Shown piece by piece: positions 48,107-60,200 of a stretch of 61,795 nt of DNA. The stretch comes from an uncultured bacterium (lineage in GTDB: Bacteria > Bacteroidota > Bacteroidia > Bacteroidales > CAIWKO01): positions 1 through 61,795 of the forward strand of contig CAIOYH010000124.1 of NCBI GenBank assembly GCA_903862465.1, written 5' to 3'. Under the pieces are notes generated by a model, which did no database searches, was not told the DNA's origin, and saw only the letters and a list, made by a program, of their open reading frames with translations. Each line of letters opens with the position of its first letter. Within the stretch, counting starts at the first letter, position 1. The position numbers and the translations under genes were made by a program.

Positions 48107-50959
48107 ATGGAATTTTTAAAAAAAACAGCGCAACACCTTCTTAAATATGATACGGAAAAACTTATCAATTCGTGCGTTGTGTTGCCCAATAGACGAGCAG
48201 CGGTATTTCTAAAGAAATATATATCTTCTGATATTGAAAAGGCGATTTTTTTGCCTCGGATTACGTCCATACAGGATTTTGTTATCGAACTTTCAGGAAA
48301 AAGCATCCTTGATGAATATAGTGCTTTGGTTGCGTTATATAAAAGCTACACAACCGTCAAAACAAACGATACAGAAAGTTTTGATGATTTCCTAAAATGG
48401 GGAACTAAACTGCTGCACGATTTTGATGAGATAGACCAACAATTGGCTGATGCGCATTTTATTTTCACCTATCTAAAAGAAGATAAAAACTTGGTTTTAT
48501 GGTCGCTCGACAAGAAGCCTTTGAGTGAATTTCAACAGAATTATCTTAACTTCTATGAGATATTATACGACATTTACGCCAATTTCACCCAACGTATTGC
48601 AGAAAAAGGTTTTGCCAATTATGGTATGGCATGTAGAATTGCTGTTGAGAGATTGCAAAAAAAAGGATATGCAAACAAATATCAGAAGGTGATTTTTGCA
48701 GGACTTAATGCGCTCGGAACGGCTGAGAAGACGATTATTGAATATTATTTGCACAATGAAACTGCTGAGATTCTATGGGATGCAGATGCCTATTATATTG
48801 ATAATCCAAAACAAGAGGCAGGAAATTTTATCAGAAGTTATTTGAGTCAATGGCATCTGAAGGAGACCAATTGGATAGATACCAATTTAGCTTCGGACGA
48901 AAAAGAAATTCATATTGTGGGCATTGCAGGAAACATTGGGCAAGCAAAATATACAGCGGGTGAAATTGCCCATTTGCTCAGCAATGATTCGAAATCAGAG
49001 AATATCTCCATCATTTTGAATGAAGAAAGTTTGCTGATTCCTATGCTCAATTCGATACCCGATGGCATTGATAGATTTAATATCACCATGGGCTTTCCGA
49101 TGAAGCTTTCGCCTGTGTTCACCTTGTTTGAAATTATATTTACCCTGCACGAAAACTCGGAACGATTCAGAGACAGCAAGAAAGCTGCCGAACCCTTGTT
49201 TTATTTCCAAGATTTACAGAAGCTTTTTGGACATTCATTCTTCACGACCTTACTGAATTCTGAAACAAAGAACAAGTTGGTGGCGCAACTCATTGGTCAA
49301 GGAAAGATTTTTTACACGCGTGGCGAAGTTCTGTATTTGCTCTCGAATCATACAGAGAAAGTGCCTGAGTCGGTTCGCAATATTTTTGCATCGTGGTACT
49401 ATCAGAGCAAGAATGCCATCGTCAGTTTGATTTCATTGATACATGATATAAAAAATATCATGCCCATCAAACAAAGTATTGAGCAAGAATTTCTCTATGA
49501 GGCGCATAAAGTGCTGAATCAAATTAAGCAAAGCGAAGAAGAATCGGGCATCATGATGACGCCACGAACGCTTCACCAAATTTTTAAACAAGCGATTTCG
49601 CAAAGCACCATCCCCTTTGTGGGCGAGCCTTTGAATGGTTTGCAAATTATGGGTATGTTGGAAACGAGAGCATTGGATTTCGAAACGGTGTTCATGCTTT
49701 CGGTGAATGAGGGCGTTTTGCCCAAGGGGAAATCGAACGCTTCCTTCATTCCGCATGGCATCAGGCAAGATGCCGGGATGACCACTTATGTGCATAATGA
49801 ACATATTTTTGCTTATCATTTCTATCATGTGTTGCAACGCAGCAAAAAGATTTATTTGCTTTATAACACCCAAGCGGATGACTTTGGCGGTGGCGAAAAA
49901 AGCAGGTTTATCAACCAATTGATTTATGAACTGCCGAAATACAATCCGAAAATCAAGATTATTGAAGAGTTTGTCGCGCTGCTTCCCCTCAAAGATACGC
50001 GAAAAATGTTTGTCATTAAAAAAGATGACGCTATCATGGAAAAGTTGGACCGTATAGGCGCTAAAGGCGTCTCCCCTTCTGCCTTAAACATCTATCGCAA
50101 ATGCAAACTACAGTATTATTTTGGCTATATAGCGGGCATACGCGAAGCCGATGAATTGACAGAGATACTTGATAATAGGGAATTTGGAAATCAGATACAC
50201 GATGTATTGCAACATTTGTATGAAAGCATCATTGGGCAAGAATTGATGCCTGAAATTTTAGATAACTTTATCAAGATTTATGAAGATGTCTTGATGAAAA
50301 ACTTTCTACAGAACAAAAATGATATTGACCGTTTGAGTGGCAAGAATCTATTGATTTATAATGTAATAAAAGATTATGTTCGTGATTTTTTGGAACGCGA
50401 AAAAGAGACCGTAAAGGAAGAATGTGCTGCTCATATTTCCCATAGGGTGATGATGATAGAAGAAAAGCTTGATGCCGACTTCACTATTCCAATCGGAGGA
50501 AAACCCAAAACGATTCATTTGACGGGAAAGCTCGATCGCGTTGATAAAATTGGAGATAGGATAAACATAATTGACTATAAAACAGGAAATGTTTCGAATA
50601 AGGATTTCAATTTCCACAATCTTTTTTTAGATGATCAGAACAGCAAATTTGATTACGCTTTCCAATTGATGTGCTATGCATATTTGTTTACAAAAACTCG
50701 TAACATTGCGGCTCAGGAGGAGTTGAATTGCGGCGTTTGGAGTTTTAAAACCTTGGGCGAAGATCTTCGAAATGTTTTCTATTTGCCTAATCCTGAAAGC
50801 AAAGATAAAACTTATGACATTACGAAAGAAATTATTTCGCAATTTGAAGAAGTGTTGGCTGATTTGCTCCTACAATTGTTTGATCGAGACGATGATTTTG
50901 TGCAGACAGCAAACGTTGATAATTGCGAAAATTGTATTTATGCGAATTTCTGCGTATGA
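48107..50959 (+). CDS. AddB-like PD-(D/E)XK nuclease family protein
   Basis: VLPNRRA, LQIMGMLETRALDF, SPSAL..Y..C, GKLDRVD..IIDYKTG, C-terminal CxxC...C. Confidence 0.88.
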   Translation: MEFLKKTAQHLLKYDTEKLINSCVVLPNRRAAVFLKKYISSDIEKAIFLPRITSIQDFVIELSGKSILDEYSALVALYKSYTTVKTNDTESFDDFLKWGTKLLHDFDEIDQQLADAHFIFTYLKEDKNLVLWSLDKKPLSEFQQNYLNFYEILYDIYANFTQRIAEKGFANYGMACRIAVERLQKKGYANKYQKVIFAGLNALGTAEKTIIEYYLHNETAEILWDADAYYIDNPKQEAGNFIRSYLSQWHLKETNWIDTNLASDEKEIHIVGIAGNIGQAKYTAGEIAHLLSNDSKSENISIILNEESLLIPMLNSIPDGIDRFNITMGFPMKLSPVFTLFEIIFTLHENSERFRDSKKAAEPLFYFQDLQKLFGHSFFTTLLNSETKNKLVAQLIGQGKIFYTRGEVLYLLSNHTEKVPESVRNIFASWYYQSKNAIVSLISLIHDIKNIMPIKQSIEQEFLYEAHKVLNQIKQSEEESGIMMTPRTLHQIFKQAISQSTIPFVGEPLNGLQIMGMLETRALDFETVFMLSVNEGVLPKGKSNASFIPHGIRQDAGMTTYVHNEHIFAYHFYHVLQRSKKIYLLYNTQADDFGGGEKSRFINQLIYELPKYNPKIKIIEEFVALLPLKDTRKMFVIKKDDAIMEKLDRIGAKGVSPSALNIYRKCKLQYYFGYIAGIREADELTEILDNREFGNQIHDVLQHLYESIIGQELMPEILDNFIKIYEDVLMKNFLQNKNDIDRLSGKNLLIYNVIKDYVRDFLEREKETVKEECAAHISHRVMMIEEKLDADFTIPIGGKPKTIHLTGKLDRVDKIGDRINIIDYKTGNVSNKDFNFHNLFLDDQNSKFDYAFQLMCYAYLFTKTRNIAAQEELNCGVWSFKTLGEDLRNVFYLPNPESKDKTYDITKEIISQFEEVLADLLLQLFDRDDDFVQTANVDNCENCIYANFCV

Positions 50960-50977
50960 TTATTCTTTAGTACAAAT

Positions 50978-51061
50978 GATATGAATAACGTAACCTCTGA
51001 TATGAACCACGTGACCTCTGATATGAACCACGTAACCTCTGATATGAACGATGTAATCCGA
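50978..51061. repeat. 21-bp tandem array, 4 units (GATATGAACCACGTAACCTCT)
   Basis: Units start at 50978, 50999, 51020, 51041. Confidence 0.9.
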
Positions 51062-51307
51062 TGGAGAATTAAATCGTATGTGGATCAATATTCATACCGA
51101 TATTGTGTCCCTATGGGATAACGGATATGTGAAAACACTTGATCCAGTATGGATTAAATATTGATAGAAAAAGGAGTTGGGTTGAATTTAAGTTCCGTCA
51201 GTGACGACATGAAGATTAGTTAGACAACAATGATTATTTATCTATTCAATAAAATAAAAAAAAAATCAAAGGAAAGAGAAATATTTAGATTGGTATTCTA
51301 TATCCAT

Positions 51308-52252
51308 CTAAAAAATAATATCTTTCAACTCTTGTTGAGCTTGATGAAATTCATCAAGGATTTCTTGGAGGATGGTGGCAGCAGGTTTGATTTGATGAAT
51401 AAGACCTGAGATTTGACCTATTTCGAGTTCGCCTTCCTGCTCATTACCTTCGAACATGCCTTTTCGGGCACGCCCTTTGCCCAAATGCTCCGCAATTTGC
51501 TCAAGTGAAGCACCTTGGTTCTCAAGGTTCTCGATTTCATCATAGAATTTATTTTTAAGAAGTCGGACAGGCGTCAGGCGTTTCATCATAAGTTTGGTGT
51601 CGCCTTCGGTAGCCTGAAGGATTCTCAGCTTGAAACTATCGTGAGCAGAGGATTCGGGGGTGGCAACAAAGCGGCTGCCAATCTGCACAGCATCAGCTCC
51701 CAATGCGAAAGCAGCTAGCATACCTCTGCCTGTGGCGATGCCCCCTGCAGCAATAAGTGGGATGGAGATAGCTTCGCGAATCATGGGGATGAGCACCATG
51801 GAGGTGGTTTCTTCGCGCCCATTGTGACCGCCTGCTTCGAAACCTTCAGCAACAACAGCGTCCACACCTGCCTCTTCACATTTCTTGGCAAATTTTACGT
51901 TGGCAATGACATGCACCACACGAATACTATGGCTTTTGAGCAAGGGAGTCCATTTGGAAGGGTTTCCTGCGGAAGTAAATACGATAGGGATTTTTTCTTG
52001 GATAACGATGTTTATAAATTCCTCAGCGAAAGGAAAAATGAGGGGTATGTTGACTCCGAAAGGTTTGTAGGTGGCTTGTTTGCATTTGGTGATATGCTCG
52101 AGCAATATATCGGGATTCATCGAGCCTGAACCTATTAAACCCAAACCGCCTGCATTGCTTACGGCGGAAGCTAAACGCCAACCGCTGCACCATATCATGC
52201 CGGCTTGTATGATGGGGTATTTTATATCGAAAAGGGTGGTGATTTTGTTCAT
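51308..52252 (-). CDS. FabK-like enoyl-ACP reductase / nitronate monooxygenase family flavoprotein
   Basis: YPIIQAGM, AVSNAGGLG, EGFEAGGHNG, IAAGGI motifs. Confidence 0.88.
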   Translation of the reverse strand: MNKITTLFDIKYPIIQAGMIWCSGWRLASAVSNAGGLGLIGSGSMNPDILLEHITKCKQATYKPFGVNIPLIFPFAEEFINIVIQEKIPIVFTSAGNPSKWTPLLKSHSIRVVHVIANVKFAKKCEEAGVDAVVAEGFEAGGHNGREETTSMVLIPMIREAISIPLIAAGGIATGRGMLAAFALGADAVQIGSRFVATPESSAHDSFKLRILQATEGDTKLMMKRLTPVRLLKNKFYDEIENLENQGASLEQIAEHLGKGRARKGMFEGNEQEGELEIGQISGLIHQIKPAATILQEILDEFHQAQQELKDIIF

Positions 52253-52405
52253 GTTGGTTTATTGAATTTTAATACTAAAATATTGGGTACAGAAGAATGG
52301 CTATTTCGTACCTACGGCACTTTATTGGTTTTGGCAATCTGATTTTCTAAAAACATTTTGTGCCTATGGCACTTTTAAACATTTGTAATAAATTTAAAAT
52401 GAAAT

Positions 52406-52434
52406 AAAAAGCCCGCCCTTTTGAGGCAGGCTTT
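52406..52434 (-). terminator. Terminator-like hairpin after the thiolase
   Basis: AAAGCCTGCCTC..GGGCGGGCTTTTT on the minus strand. Confidence 0.65.
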
Positions 52435-52452
52435 CTTAAAATTACAAACGTA

Positions 52453-53697
52453 TTATTCTGCTTTTTTATACACAATAGAAACAAGGGTTTTGTCGTCGCC
52501 GCCCATGTTGATTGAAAGTCCGTAAGGACGATCAGGATGGATGGTGATTTGCGAATCGCCTGCTTGGTTGGTCAATTGTTCCCAAATGGTAACGGCTTGA
52601 TGCACACCTGTAGCGCCCGTTGGATGTCCCCAACCGATTAGTCCGCCTGTTGTGTTGAAAGGAACTTTTCCGTTGCGAGTTGTGTTGCCTGCAAGAACGA
52701 AATCGGTGCCTTTGCCATGTTCAGCAAAACCGATAGCTTCGGTAGCCATGATACCTGCAATGGTGAAACAATCGTGACATTCAACCGTTCCAATTTGATC
52801 TTTTGTGATGCCTGCAGAAGCTAATGCTTTACGGACAGCTTCTTTGGTAGTGGAAAGAACTGTTGGGTCAGCAGGCGGTTTTGTGATATCTTCTTCCGCT
52901 TGACCAAATCCGATGATTTCGATAGCATTTTCTTTGGCGATGCTGCAGCGTTTCAAACCCTCTTCGGAAACAACAGCAATAGCACTTGCTCCATCGGAAA
53001 CTTTTGAGCAATCGAAAATATTCAAGGAATCAACGAAACCTTTAGGATTAGGAGCATTCATACCACAAGCAATCAAATCTTTGGTTGTGTTGTGATATTC
53101 TTGCGCTGTTGGACATGTGCGAGCATTGTCAATAGCATTTTCGAACCATTTCGCCATGGCGCTTCTTGTTTTTTCTTTATCAAATTGAGCGGCATAAGCT
53201 TTGCTTCTATCGCTAAATTTACCCGGGAAGAAATAGGCATGACCATCTTTCCGTTCTTTTGCCCATCCGGCAGCAGCCAAAATATCAGCACCATAGATGG
53301 CTTTCACGGTGTTTTGAACTTCAATACCGAGCACGAGTACTACGTCGGCGGTTTCTGCCAAAACAGATTTGATACCCGAAACCAATGCCAAAGCACCTGT
53401 TCCGCAAGCACCTTCAACACGAGTGGCAGGTTTGTAACGCAAACCTTCATCAATGTAAGGCACGAAACCTGCCATGTTTGCCTGACGGTTGAAACGTGCG
53501 CCGATGAAGTTTCCGATGACAGCTTCATCCACATTTTGTGCGCCTCCAATTTGTTTTAATACACCCTGACCTGCTTCTTTAAAATAATCTTCCAAATCCG
53601 GACGTGGCTTTTTAGGACTGAATTCTTTACGACCGGTACCCATAGAAATGGTGTTGTAGCCGGCAATCATATATACTTTTTTACGCATTTTAATCAT
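52453..53697 (-). CDS. Thiolase (acetyl-CoA acyltransferase), HDCF / SCP2-thiolase-like type
   Basis: EGACGTG nucleophile motif, ECHDCF, GHPTGATG. Confidence 0.9.
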   Translation of the reverse strand: MIKMRKKVYMIAGYNTISMGTGRKEFSPKKPRPDLEDYFKEAGQGVLKQIGGAQNVDEAVIGNFIGARFNRQANMAGFVPYIDEGLRYKPATRVEGACGTGALALVSGIKSVLAETADVVLVLGIEVQNTVKAIYGADILAAAGWAKERKDGHAYFFPGKFSDRSKAYAAQFDKEKTRSAMAKWFENAIDNARTCPTAQEYHNTTKDLIACGMNAPNPKGFVDSLNIFDCSKVSDGASAIAVVSEEGLKRCSIAKENAIEIIGFGQAEEDITKPPADPTVLSTTKEAVRKALASAGITKDQIGTVECHDCFTIAGIMATEAIGFAEHGKGTDFVLAGNTTRNGKVPFNTTGGLIGWGHPTGATGVHQAVTIWEQLTNQAGDSQITIHPDRPYGLSINMGGDDKTLVSIVYKKAE

Positions 53698-53715
53698 TGT
53701 TTTTTCCTCCTTATA

Positions 53716-55050
53716 TTATAAATAATCATTGATAGGACCGTAAGCGTGGAAAAATCCGGTCAACAATACGGTGTTTACATCATTTTCGTTGTAGGCAACA
53801 TTGTCTAAAACAAGTTTTATACCTATTTCTTTGGACCGACGGGCATAATTGCGGGCGATTTCGGCTCCAAAAGATTCGTGAGTTTTCAATTCATTGAAAT
53901 AGGTTTTGAAGACTTCCTCTTTGTTTTTGTTTCCAACAACTGCTTTCCAAGGTTGGCAAGAAGCGGGAAGCACACCAAGTTTTTCGTCGCAAGCGGCTTG
54001 AATATCAGCGATAGGAACATAGGATTTTTTGTTGATGTCGTAGATGGCGACTACCCTACCCTTTTCGTATTTCAAGAAACCATCCTTTTGAGAACCGTCA
54101 GAATTTTGACCGCCACGTACATTCAACGCCAACATTTGGTCGAGGAGATGACTGTGAAGGTTTTCGTCAGGAAGATAAGGATTCATCACACTCATAATAT
54201 ATTGACATACATCTATCCCTACATAATCAATCAATTGAAAGATACCCATAGGGCGAATGAGGAAGTCTTGCGTGATGCGGTTAATCATATAAAGCGATTC
54301 TGCAAATGAATGATTGGCAGCAAGTTTTTCCACCTCATTGATGCCATGAAGTGCATCGCGCATAAAGTGACCGTTGCCGATGAAACCGGCGAAATCATTA
54401 GAAGGAACAAGCACCTTGCGTAAATTCTTAGATAACATATTTACAAATTCAACCAATTCGGGATCGGTTGCTTTCGTTTGGATAATCTCAACCAACTTCT
54501 GAACAGCCGGCGGATTGTAGAAGTGAACACCCAAAACACGTCCGTCCAAATTCGCATCTGTATCTAATAAACTGATAGGAATTGAAGATGTGTTGGTGCA
54601 AAACCAAGGAGATTTTTTGTTGTTCTGATTGATTTGATTGAAGATTTTTACTTTCAAAGCAGGATCTTCTTTGATAGCTTCGAAAATAACATTCGACTCA
54701 TAAGCAGCTTCGATGTTAGTAGTTGGACGAACGATAAAAAGTACATCCTCCACATATTGATCAATGATTTCGCTATTGTCAATCAGGTCAGCACGGTCGT
54801 GATAGACTTGACGCAAAGCAATTACCTTCTTCTCAGCAGCTTTCAGCACCTGTGTTTTCAGGTATTTCATGAGTCCCTTTAATGCCTCACTAGATGTGTC
54901 CATTGCATTAAGAATAAATAGCTTCCCTTTGTTTTCGGGTTTCAGGCTCAGGTCAGCCATTTCAAGCGCTGTCAATAGCAAGATACCGCTACCCATTTTT
55001 CCGGCGGCTCCTAGGACAGTAACATTTTGAAGTTTTTCGGTGTAATTCAT
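53716..55050 (-). CDS. 3-hydroxyacyl-CoA dehydrogenase family protein
   Basis: GAAGKMGSG, FEAIKE, TNTSS, GVHFYNPP, GFIGN, PMGIFQLIDYVGID. Confidence 0.9.
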   Translation of the reverse strand: MNYTEKLQNVTVLGAAGKMGSGILLLTALEMADLSLKPENKGKLFILNAMDTSSEALKGLMKYLKTQVLKAAEKKVIALRQVYHDRADLIDNSEIIDQYVEDVLFIVRPTTNIEAAYESNVIFEAIKEDPALKVKIFNQINQNNKKSPWFCTNTSSIPISLLDTDANLDGRVLGVHFYNPPAVQKLVEIIQTKATDPELVEFVNMLSKNLRKVLVPSNDFAGFIGNGHFMRDALHGINEVEKLAANHSFAESLYMINRITQDFLIRPMGIFQLIDYVGIDVCQYIMSVMNPYLPDENLHSHLLDQMLALNVRGGQNSDGSQKDGFLKYEKGRVVAIYDINKKSYVPIADIQAACDEKLGVLPASCQPWKAVVGNKNKEEVFKTYFNELKTHESFGAEIARNYARRSKEIGIKLVLDNVAYNENDVNTVLLTGFFHAYGPINDYL

Positions 55051-55116
55051 ATAATTAGTTTTTGTTATTAAATTAATACTGCAAAAATAGAAATAAATTC
55101 TGAGAAAATAAAACTT

Positions 55117-55884
55117 TTACCAATTAGGTTTTCTTTTTTCGAGAAATGCACGCATACCTTCTGCGCCTTCATTTCCAAAAAGAGAACCAAACTCTTTGGA
55201 TTCGAGTTCGCTACCGGAAGTAAAATCGGTTAACATACCCTGACGGGTAACATATTTTATTTTTTTAACTGCCTTGGGACCTTTGGAGGCTATTTTTGTT
55301 GCGATGGCAATGGCTTCGGGAATCAATTGGTCAGCTTCTACCACTTTTTGTACCAAACCGATACGCATAGCCTCATCGGCAGAAATCATATCGGCAGTGT
55401 AAAGCAAATAGAGTGCATTGGATAAACCCACCAAGCGTGCCAAACGTTGGGTGCCTGCATAGCCCGGAATCATGCCGAGGTTAACTTCAGGTTGTCCGAA
55501 TTTGGCAAAAGTGCTTGCAATGCGAATATCACATGACATTGCCAATTCACAGCCTCCGCCCAAAGCAAAACCATTGACAGCAGCGATAACAGGCATGTCA
55601 AGTTTTTCGATGGCATTAAAGGTGTTGTGTCCAACTTTAGAGAAATTGGAGCCTTGCTCTTCATTCATATCCACCATTTCGGCGATGTCGGCTCCTGCCA
55701 CAAATGCTTTACCATCACCGGTAAGGATCAACACTTTGATATCGTTTCGCTGCGACACATCCACAAGCATCTGATCCATTTCGGCAAAGAACTTTGAATT
55801 CAAAGCGTTCAGCGCTTGTGGACGACTGATGGTGACGATGCCAATGGCGTTTTGAACTTCTAGTTTTAAAATTTCGTAATTCAT
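55117..55884 (-). CDS. crt: Enoyl-CoA hydratase (crotonase)
   Basis: AFVAGADI, AVNGFALGGGCEL, FGQPEVNLG.IPG..GTQRL. Confidence 0.9.
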   Translation of the reverse strand: MNYEILKLEVQNAIGIVTISRPQALNALNSKFFAEMDQMLVDVSQRNDIKVLILTGDGKAFVAGADIAEMVDMNEEQGSNFSKVGHNTFNAIEKLDMPVIAAVNGFALGGGCELAMSCDIRIASTFAKFGQPEVNLGMIPGYAGTQRLARLVGLSNALYLLYTADMISADEAMRIGLVQKVVEADQLIPEAIAIATKIASKGPKAVKKIKYVTRQGMLTDFTSGSELESKEFGSLFGNEGAEGMRAFLEKRKPNW

Positions 55885-55914
55885 AATTAAAGTTTTTTAT
55901 ACATTTATATTTTG

Positions 55915-56988
55915 TTATACATATTCTTTCACTTCGATTTCATTGGTCAAAACCATGAAGCCATTCATGGCTAAGGCATCCATTTCGCTTCCGCCCGGGT
56001 AGGTTTTGACAGTGCCAAGATGTTTGACACGTTCGGTGATTTCATCTACGATAAAATTCCCGTACGCTAAACCACCTGTGAGAAGAATACCATCCACTTC
56101 ACCCTTTAGAACCGTACTCAAAGCACCGATTTCCTTTGCCACTTGATAGGTCAAAGCGGTATAAATCAACTTGGCATATTCGTCGCCTTGCTCGATACGT
56201 TTTTCAATTTCCAAGGCATCGTTTGTGCCCAAATAGGCAACAAAACCACCCTTACCTTTGAGTTTACGCATGATTTCTACGTAGCTATATTTACGAGAGA
56301 AACACATTTCCACCAACTGACCGGCAGGTACGCCGCCGCTACGCTCGGGAGACATAGGACCATCTCCATTCAGCCCATTGTTGACATCAATGATGCGTCC
56401 TTTGTAATGCGCACCCACAGAAATACCACCGCCCATGTGAACGACTATCAGGTTCAAATCTTCATATTTTTGATTGATTTCTTTGGCATATCTGCGAGCC
56501 ACTGCGCGTTGGTTTAGCGTATGGAGCAGGCTGCGTCGAGGCAATTCGGGCATGCCCGAGATGCGTGCAATTTCTTCCATCTCGTCAACACAAACGGGAT
56601 CTACAATGATGGCTTTGACGTGAGTACCAATTTCTTTAGCCATTTCAAAGGAAATTAAGCCACCCAAATTAGATTCATGTTCGCCCATGGGATGATGAAT
56701 GTCGCGCAGCATGGCTTCGTTCACACCATAAACGCCACCCGGAATAGGCTTAAGAAGCCCACCCCTACCGACAATAATTTTGATTCTTTTCAAGTCAATA
56801 CCGGCTTTCTCAAGTTCGGCTTTGATGGTATCTTTGCGATAATCATATTGATCAACAATACGATTGAAGGAAGCTAACATTTGCTGAGGATGCACTATAT
56901 TGACAAGAAAAATTCCTTTGCGCCCATCAAAAACAGCAATTTTTGTGGACGTAGAGCCGGGATTTATCACTAAAATCATTTTACTCAT
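55915..56988 (-). CDS. buk: Butyrate kinase
   Basis: INPGSTSTK, GRGGLLKP, H.SNLG, HMGGGISV, PERSG, LTGGLA. Confidence 0.95.
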   Translation of the reverse strand: MSKMILVINPGSTSTKIAVFDGRKGIFLVNIVHPQQMLASFNRIVDQYDYRKDTIKAELEKAGIDLKRIKIIVGRGGLLKPIPGGVYGVNEAMLRDIHHPMGEHESNLGGLISFEMAKEIGTHVKAIIVDPVCVDEMEEIARISGMPELPRRSLLHTLNQRAVARRYAKEINQKYEDLNLIVVHMGGGISVGAHYKGRIIDVNNGLNGDGPMSPERSGGVPAGQLVEMCFSRKYSYVEIMRKLKGKGGFVAYLGTNDALEIEKRIEQGDEYAKLIYTALTYQVAKEIGALSTVLKGEVDGILLTGGLAYGNFIVDEITERVKHLGTVKTYPGGSEMDALAMNGFMVLTNEIEVKEYV

Positions 56989-57289
56989 AGGACTATATCA
57001 TTAATTTATTTCTTTAGAAATCGTGAGCAAATGTAATATATTTTTAAATCATACAGTGCATGTTTATAAAATAAAATAAAAATATTTTTTTGCGGACGTA
57101 AATCTTTAATTTTTACAGTCTATTTTAGGTGTAAAAACATCATTCTTTTCCCCTTTTATTTAATATTTTTACTCATTATCATCATTTTTGAAGATAAGCA
57201 CTCTTGAATTCTCAAAGTTTTTGTACCTTTACACCCTCGCTTTTTTAGCATAAAAATCTAGCAGTAATTAATCAATATAATTGAAAATC

Positions 57290-60200
57290 ATGCAATCAAC
57301 ACAAATCTATTCCCCGAAAAATCACATCCGTATAGTCACTGCTGCTTCATTATTTGATGGACACGACGCTTCTATCAACGTAATGCGCAGAATAATTCAA
57401 TCCACCGGAGCCGAAGTTATCCATTTGGGACACAACCGTTCGGTGCAAGAAATTGTGGATTGTGCGGTGCAGGAAGATGCTCAAGCTATCGCCGTAACGT
57501 CCTATCAGGGTGGGCATATCGAGTTCTTTAAATATATGTATGATATGTTGAAAGAAAAAGGATTCGACGATGTAAAGATTTTTGGTGGTGGTGGCGGTGT
57601 CATCCTGCCCGAAGAAATTACAGAATTGGAAGCTTATGGTATCACAAAAATCTATTCGCCCGACGATGGACGCGAGATGGGTTTGCAAGGTATGATTAAT
57701 GACGTGATGGAGAAATCGGATTTTCCGCGTGGCAATGATGTGAACACTTCTTTGGTTGAAATTGAACAGCAGAACTACAAAGCTATCTCTAAGATGATTT
57801 CGGCAGTGGAAAACTATCCTGAAAAGATAGCCGATATGATGACGCAAATTGATGAAAAAGCAGCCAACTCTAACGTTCCTGTGTTGGGAATCACAGGCAC
57901 CGGTGGCTCCGGAAAATCTTCCTTGGTGGATGAGTTTATTCGCCGTTTTATACATGATTTCACGGATAAGAAAATCGCTATCGTGTGCGTGGATCCTTCA
58001 AAACGCAAGACGGGCGGCGCTCTGTTGGGCGACCGCATCCGCATGAATTCCATCAACAATCCAAGGGTATATGTGCGTTCGATGGCTACTCGTCAATCGA
58101 ATTTGGCTTTATCTAAATATGTGAAAGAAGCCATCAATATATTAAAGGTAGCAGGATTTGATTTGATAATATTGGAAACATCAGGTATTGGACAATCGGA
58201 CACGGAAATCGTTGACCATAGCAACTTATGTTTGTATGTTATGACCCCCGAATTTGGCGCACCATCGCAGTTGGAAAAGATTGACATGCTCGAATATGCC
58301 GACATCATCGCTCTCAACAAATTCGACAAACGCGGCGGCATGGATGCTTTGCGCGATGTAAAAAAACAATATCAACGCAATCATCTTCGCTTCGATGAAC
58401 AGCACGACGAAATGCCTGTGTATGGCACCATCGCTTCGCAGTTTAACGATGCTGGCGTCAATCAGTTTTACAAGGCTTTAATTGATATGCTCAATGCAAA
58501 ACTCCATCTCAATTTTATATCATCCAATGCGCTTGTAGGCGAAATACCCGATAAAATTTATATCATACCTCCACAACGGACACGCTATTTAGCGGAGATT
58601 TCCGAAACCGTTAAGAATTACAATCAATGGACCGACGAGCAAGGCGACATCGCACAAAAGCTTTTCGGTTTGCACGAATCTATCGAACTCCTTAAACAAG
58701 AAAATAATCCTATCAACGTCGAACTTATTGCAAAACTCGAAGCTATCTATACAGAACTGAACGAATCTCTTGATAAAAATAATCATACCATACTTAATAC
58801 TTGGCAACAAAAGATTAAATCCTACAAAGACGAATTCTATCTTTTTAAAGTTCGTGATAAAGAACTCAAAATAAAAACCCATACCGAAACCCTTTCACAT
58901 CTGCAGATTCCGAAGATATCTCTACCCAAATATACCGCTTGGGGCGACATTTTGAAATGGAACCTGAAAGAAAATGTACCCGGTGAGTTTCCCTACGTGG
59001 CAGGCGTATTCCCTTTTAAACGCGAAGGCGAAGACCCCACCCGCATGTTTGCAGGCGAAGGCGGACCCGAACGCACCAACAAACGTTTTCATTATCTGTC
59101 GAAAGGCTTGCCCGCCAAACGCCTCTCCACGGCTTTCGATTCAGTAACACTCTATGGCAACGATCCCGATTTGCGCCCCGACATCTATGGAAAAATCGGC
59201 AACTCCGGCGTGTCCATCTCTTGTTTGGACGATGCCAAAAAACTCTATTCGGGCTTCAACTTATCCGACCCAAGTACTTCGGTTTCTATGACCATCAACG
59301 GTCCCGCGCCTATTATGGTAGGCTATTTTATGAATGCAGCCATCGACCAACAGTGCGAAAACTTTATCCGTGAAAACGGTTTGGAACAAGAAGTGGAACA
59401 AAAAATCGAAGACATCTTCCGCAAAAAAGGCATCGCACGTCCCAAATATCAGGAAGAACTTCCCGACGGCAACAACGGACTTGGGTTGATGTTGCTTGGC
59501 GTTACGGGCGATCAGGTGTTGCCTGCCGAGGTGTATCACAACATAAAAATGTGTACTCTGGCATCCGTTCGCGGCACAGTGCAAGCAGACATCCTGAAAG
59601 AAGACCAAGGGCAAAACACCTGCATCTTCTCCACCGATTTCTCCCTAAAACTAATGGGCGACGTGCAGGAATATTTCATAAATAATAATGTGCGCAACTT
59701 CTATTCCGTGTCCATTTCGGGCTATCATATTGCCGAAGCAGGCGCCAATCCTATCTCGCAGTTGGCATTTACGCTTGCCAACGGCTTCACCTACGTGGAA
59801 TATTATCTGTCGCGCGGCATGCACATTGACAAGTTTGCGCCCAACCTCTCCTTTTTCTTTTCCAATGGGATAGACATCGAGTTTTCGGTGATTGGGCGCG
59901 TGGCACGTTCCATTTGGGCAAAAACCATGAAGCATAAATATAAAGGTAATGCCCGCTCCCAACAGTTGAAATATCACATCCAAACCTCCGGTCGTTCGCT
60001 ACATGCGCAGGAAATCGGCTTCAACGATATCCGCACCACGTTGCAGGCGCTCTATGCTATTTACGACAACTGCAATTCGCTACACACAAATGCTTACGAC
60101 GAAGCCATCACCACTCCTACCGAAGAATCGGTACGTCGTGCCATGGCAATTCAGATGATTATCAACCACGAGTTGGGTCTTGCCAAAAACCAAAATCCCA

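Noticed and set aside
48107-50959. Novel defence nuclease / Cas4
   Set aside because: The architecture matches the ordinary Bacteroidota AddB-like protein, in housekeeping context.
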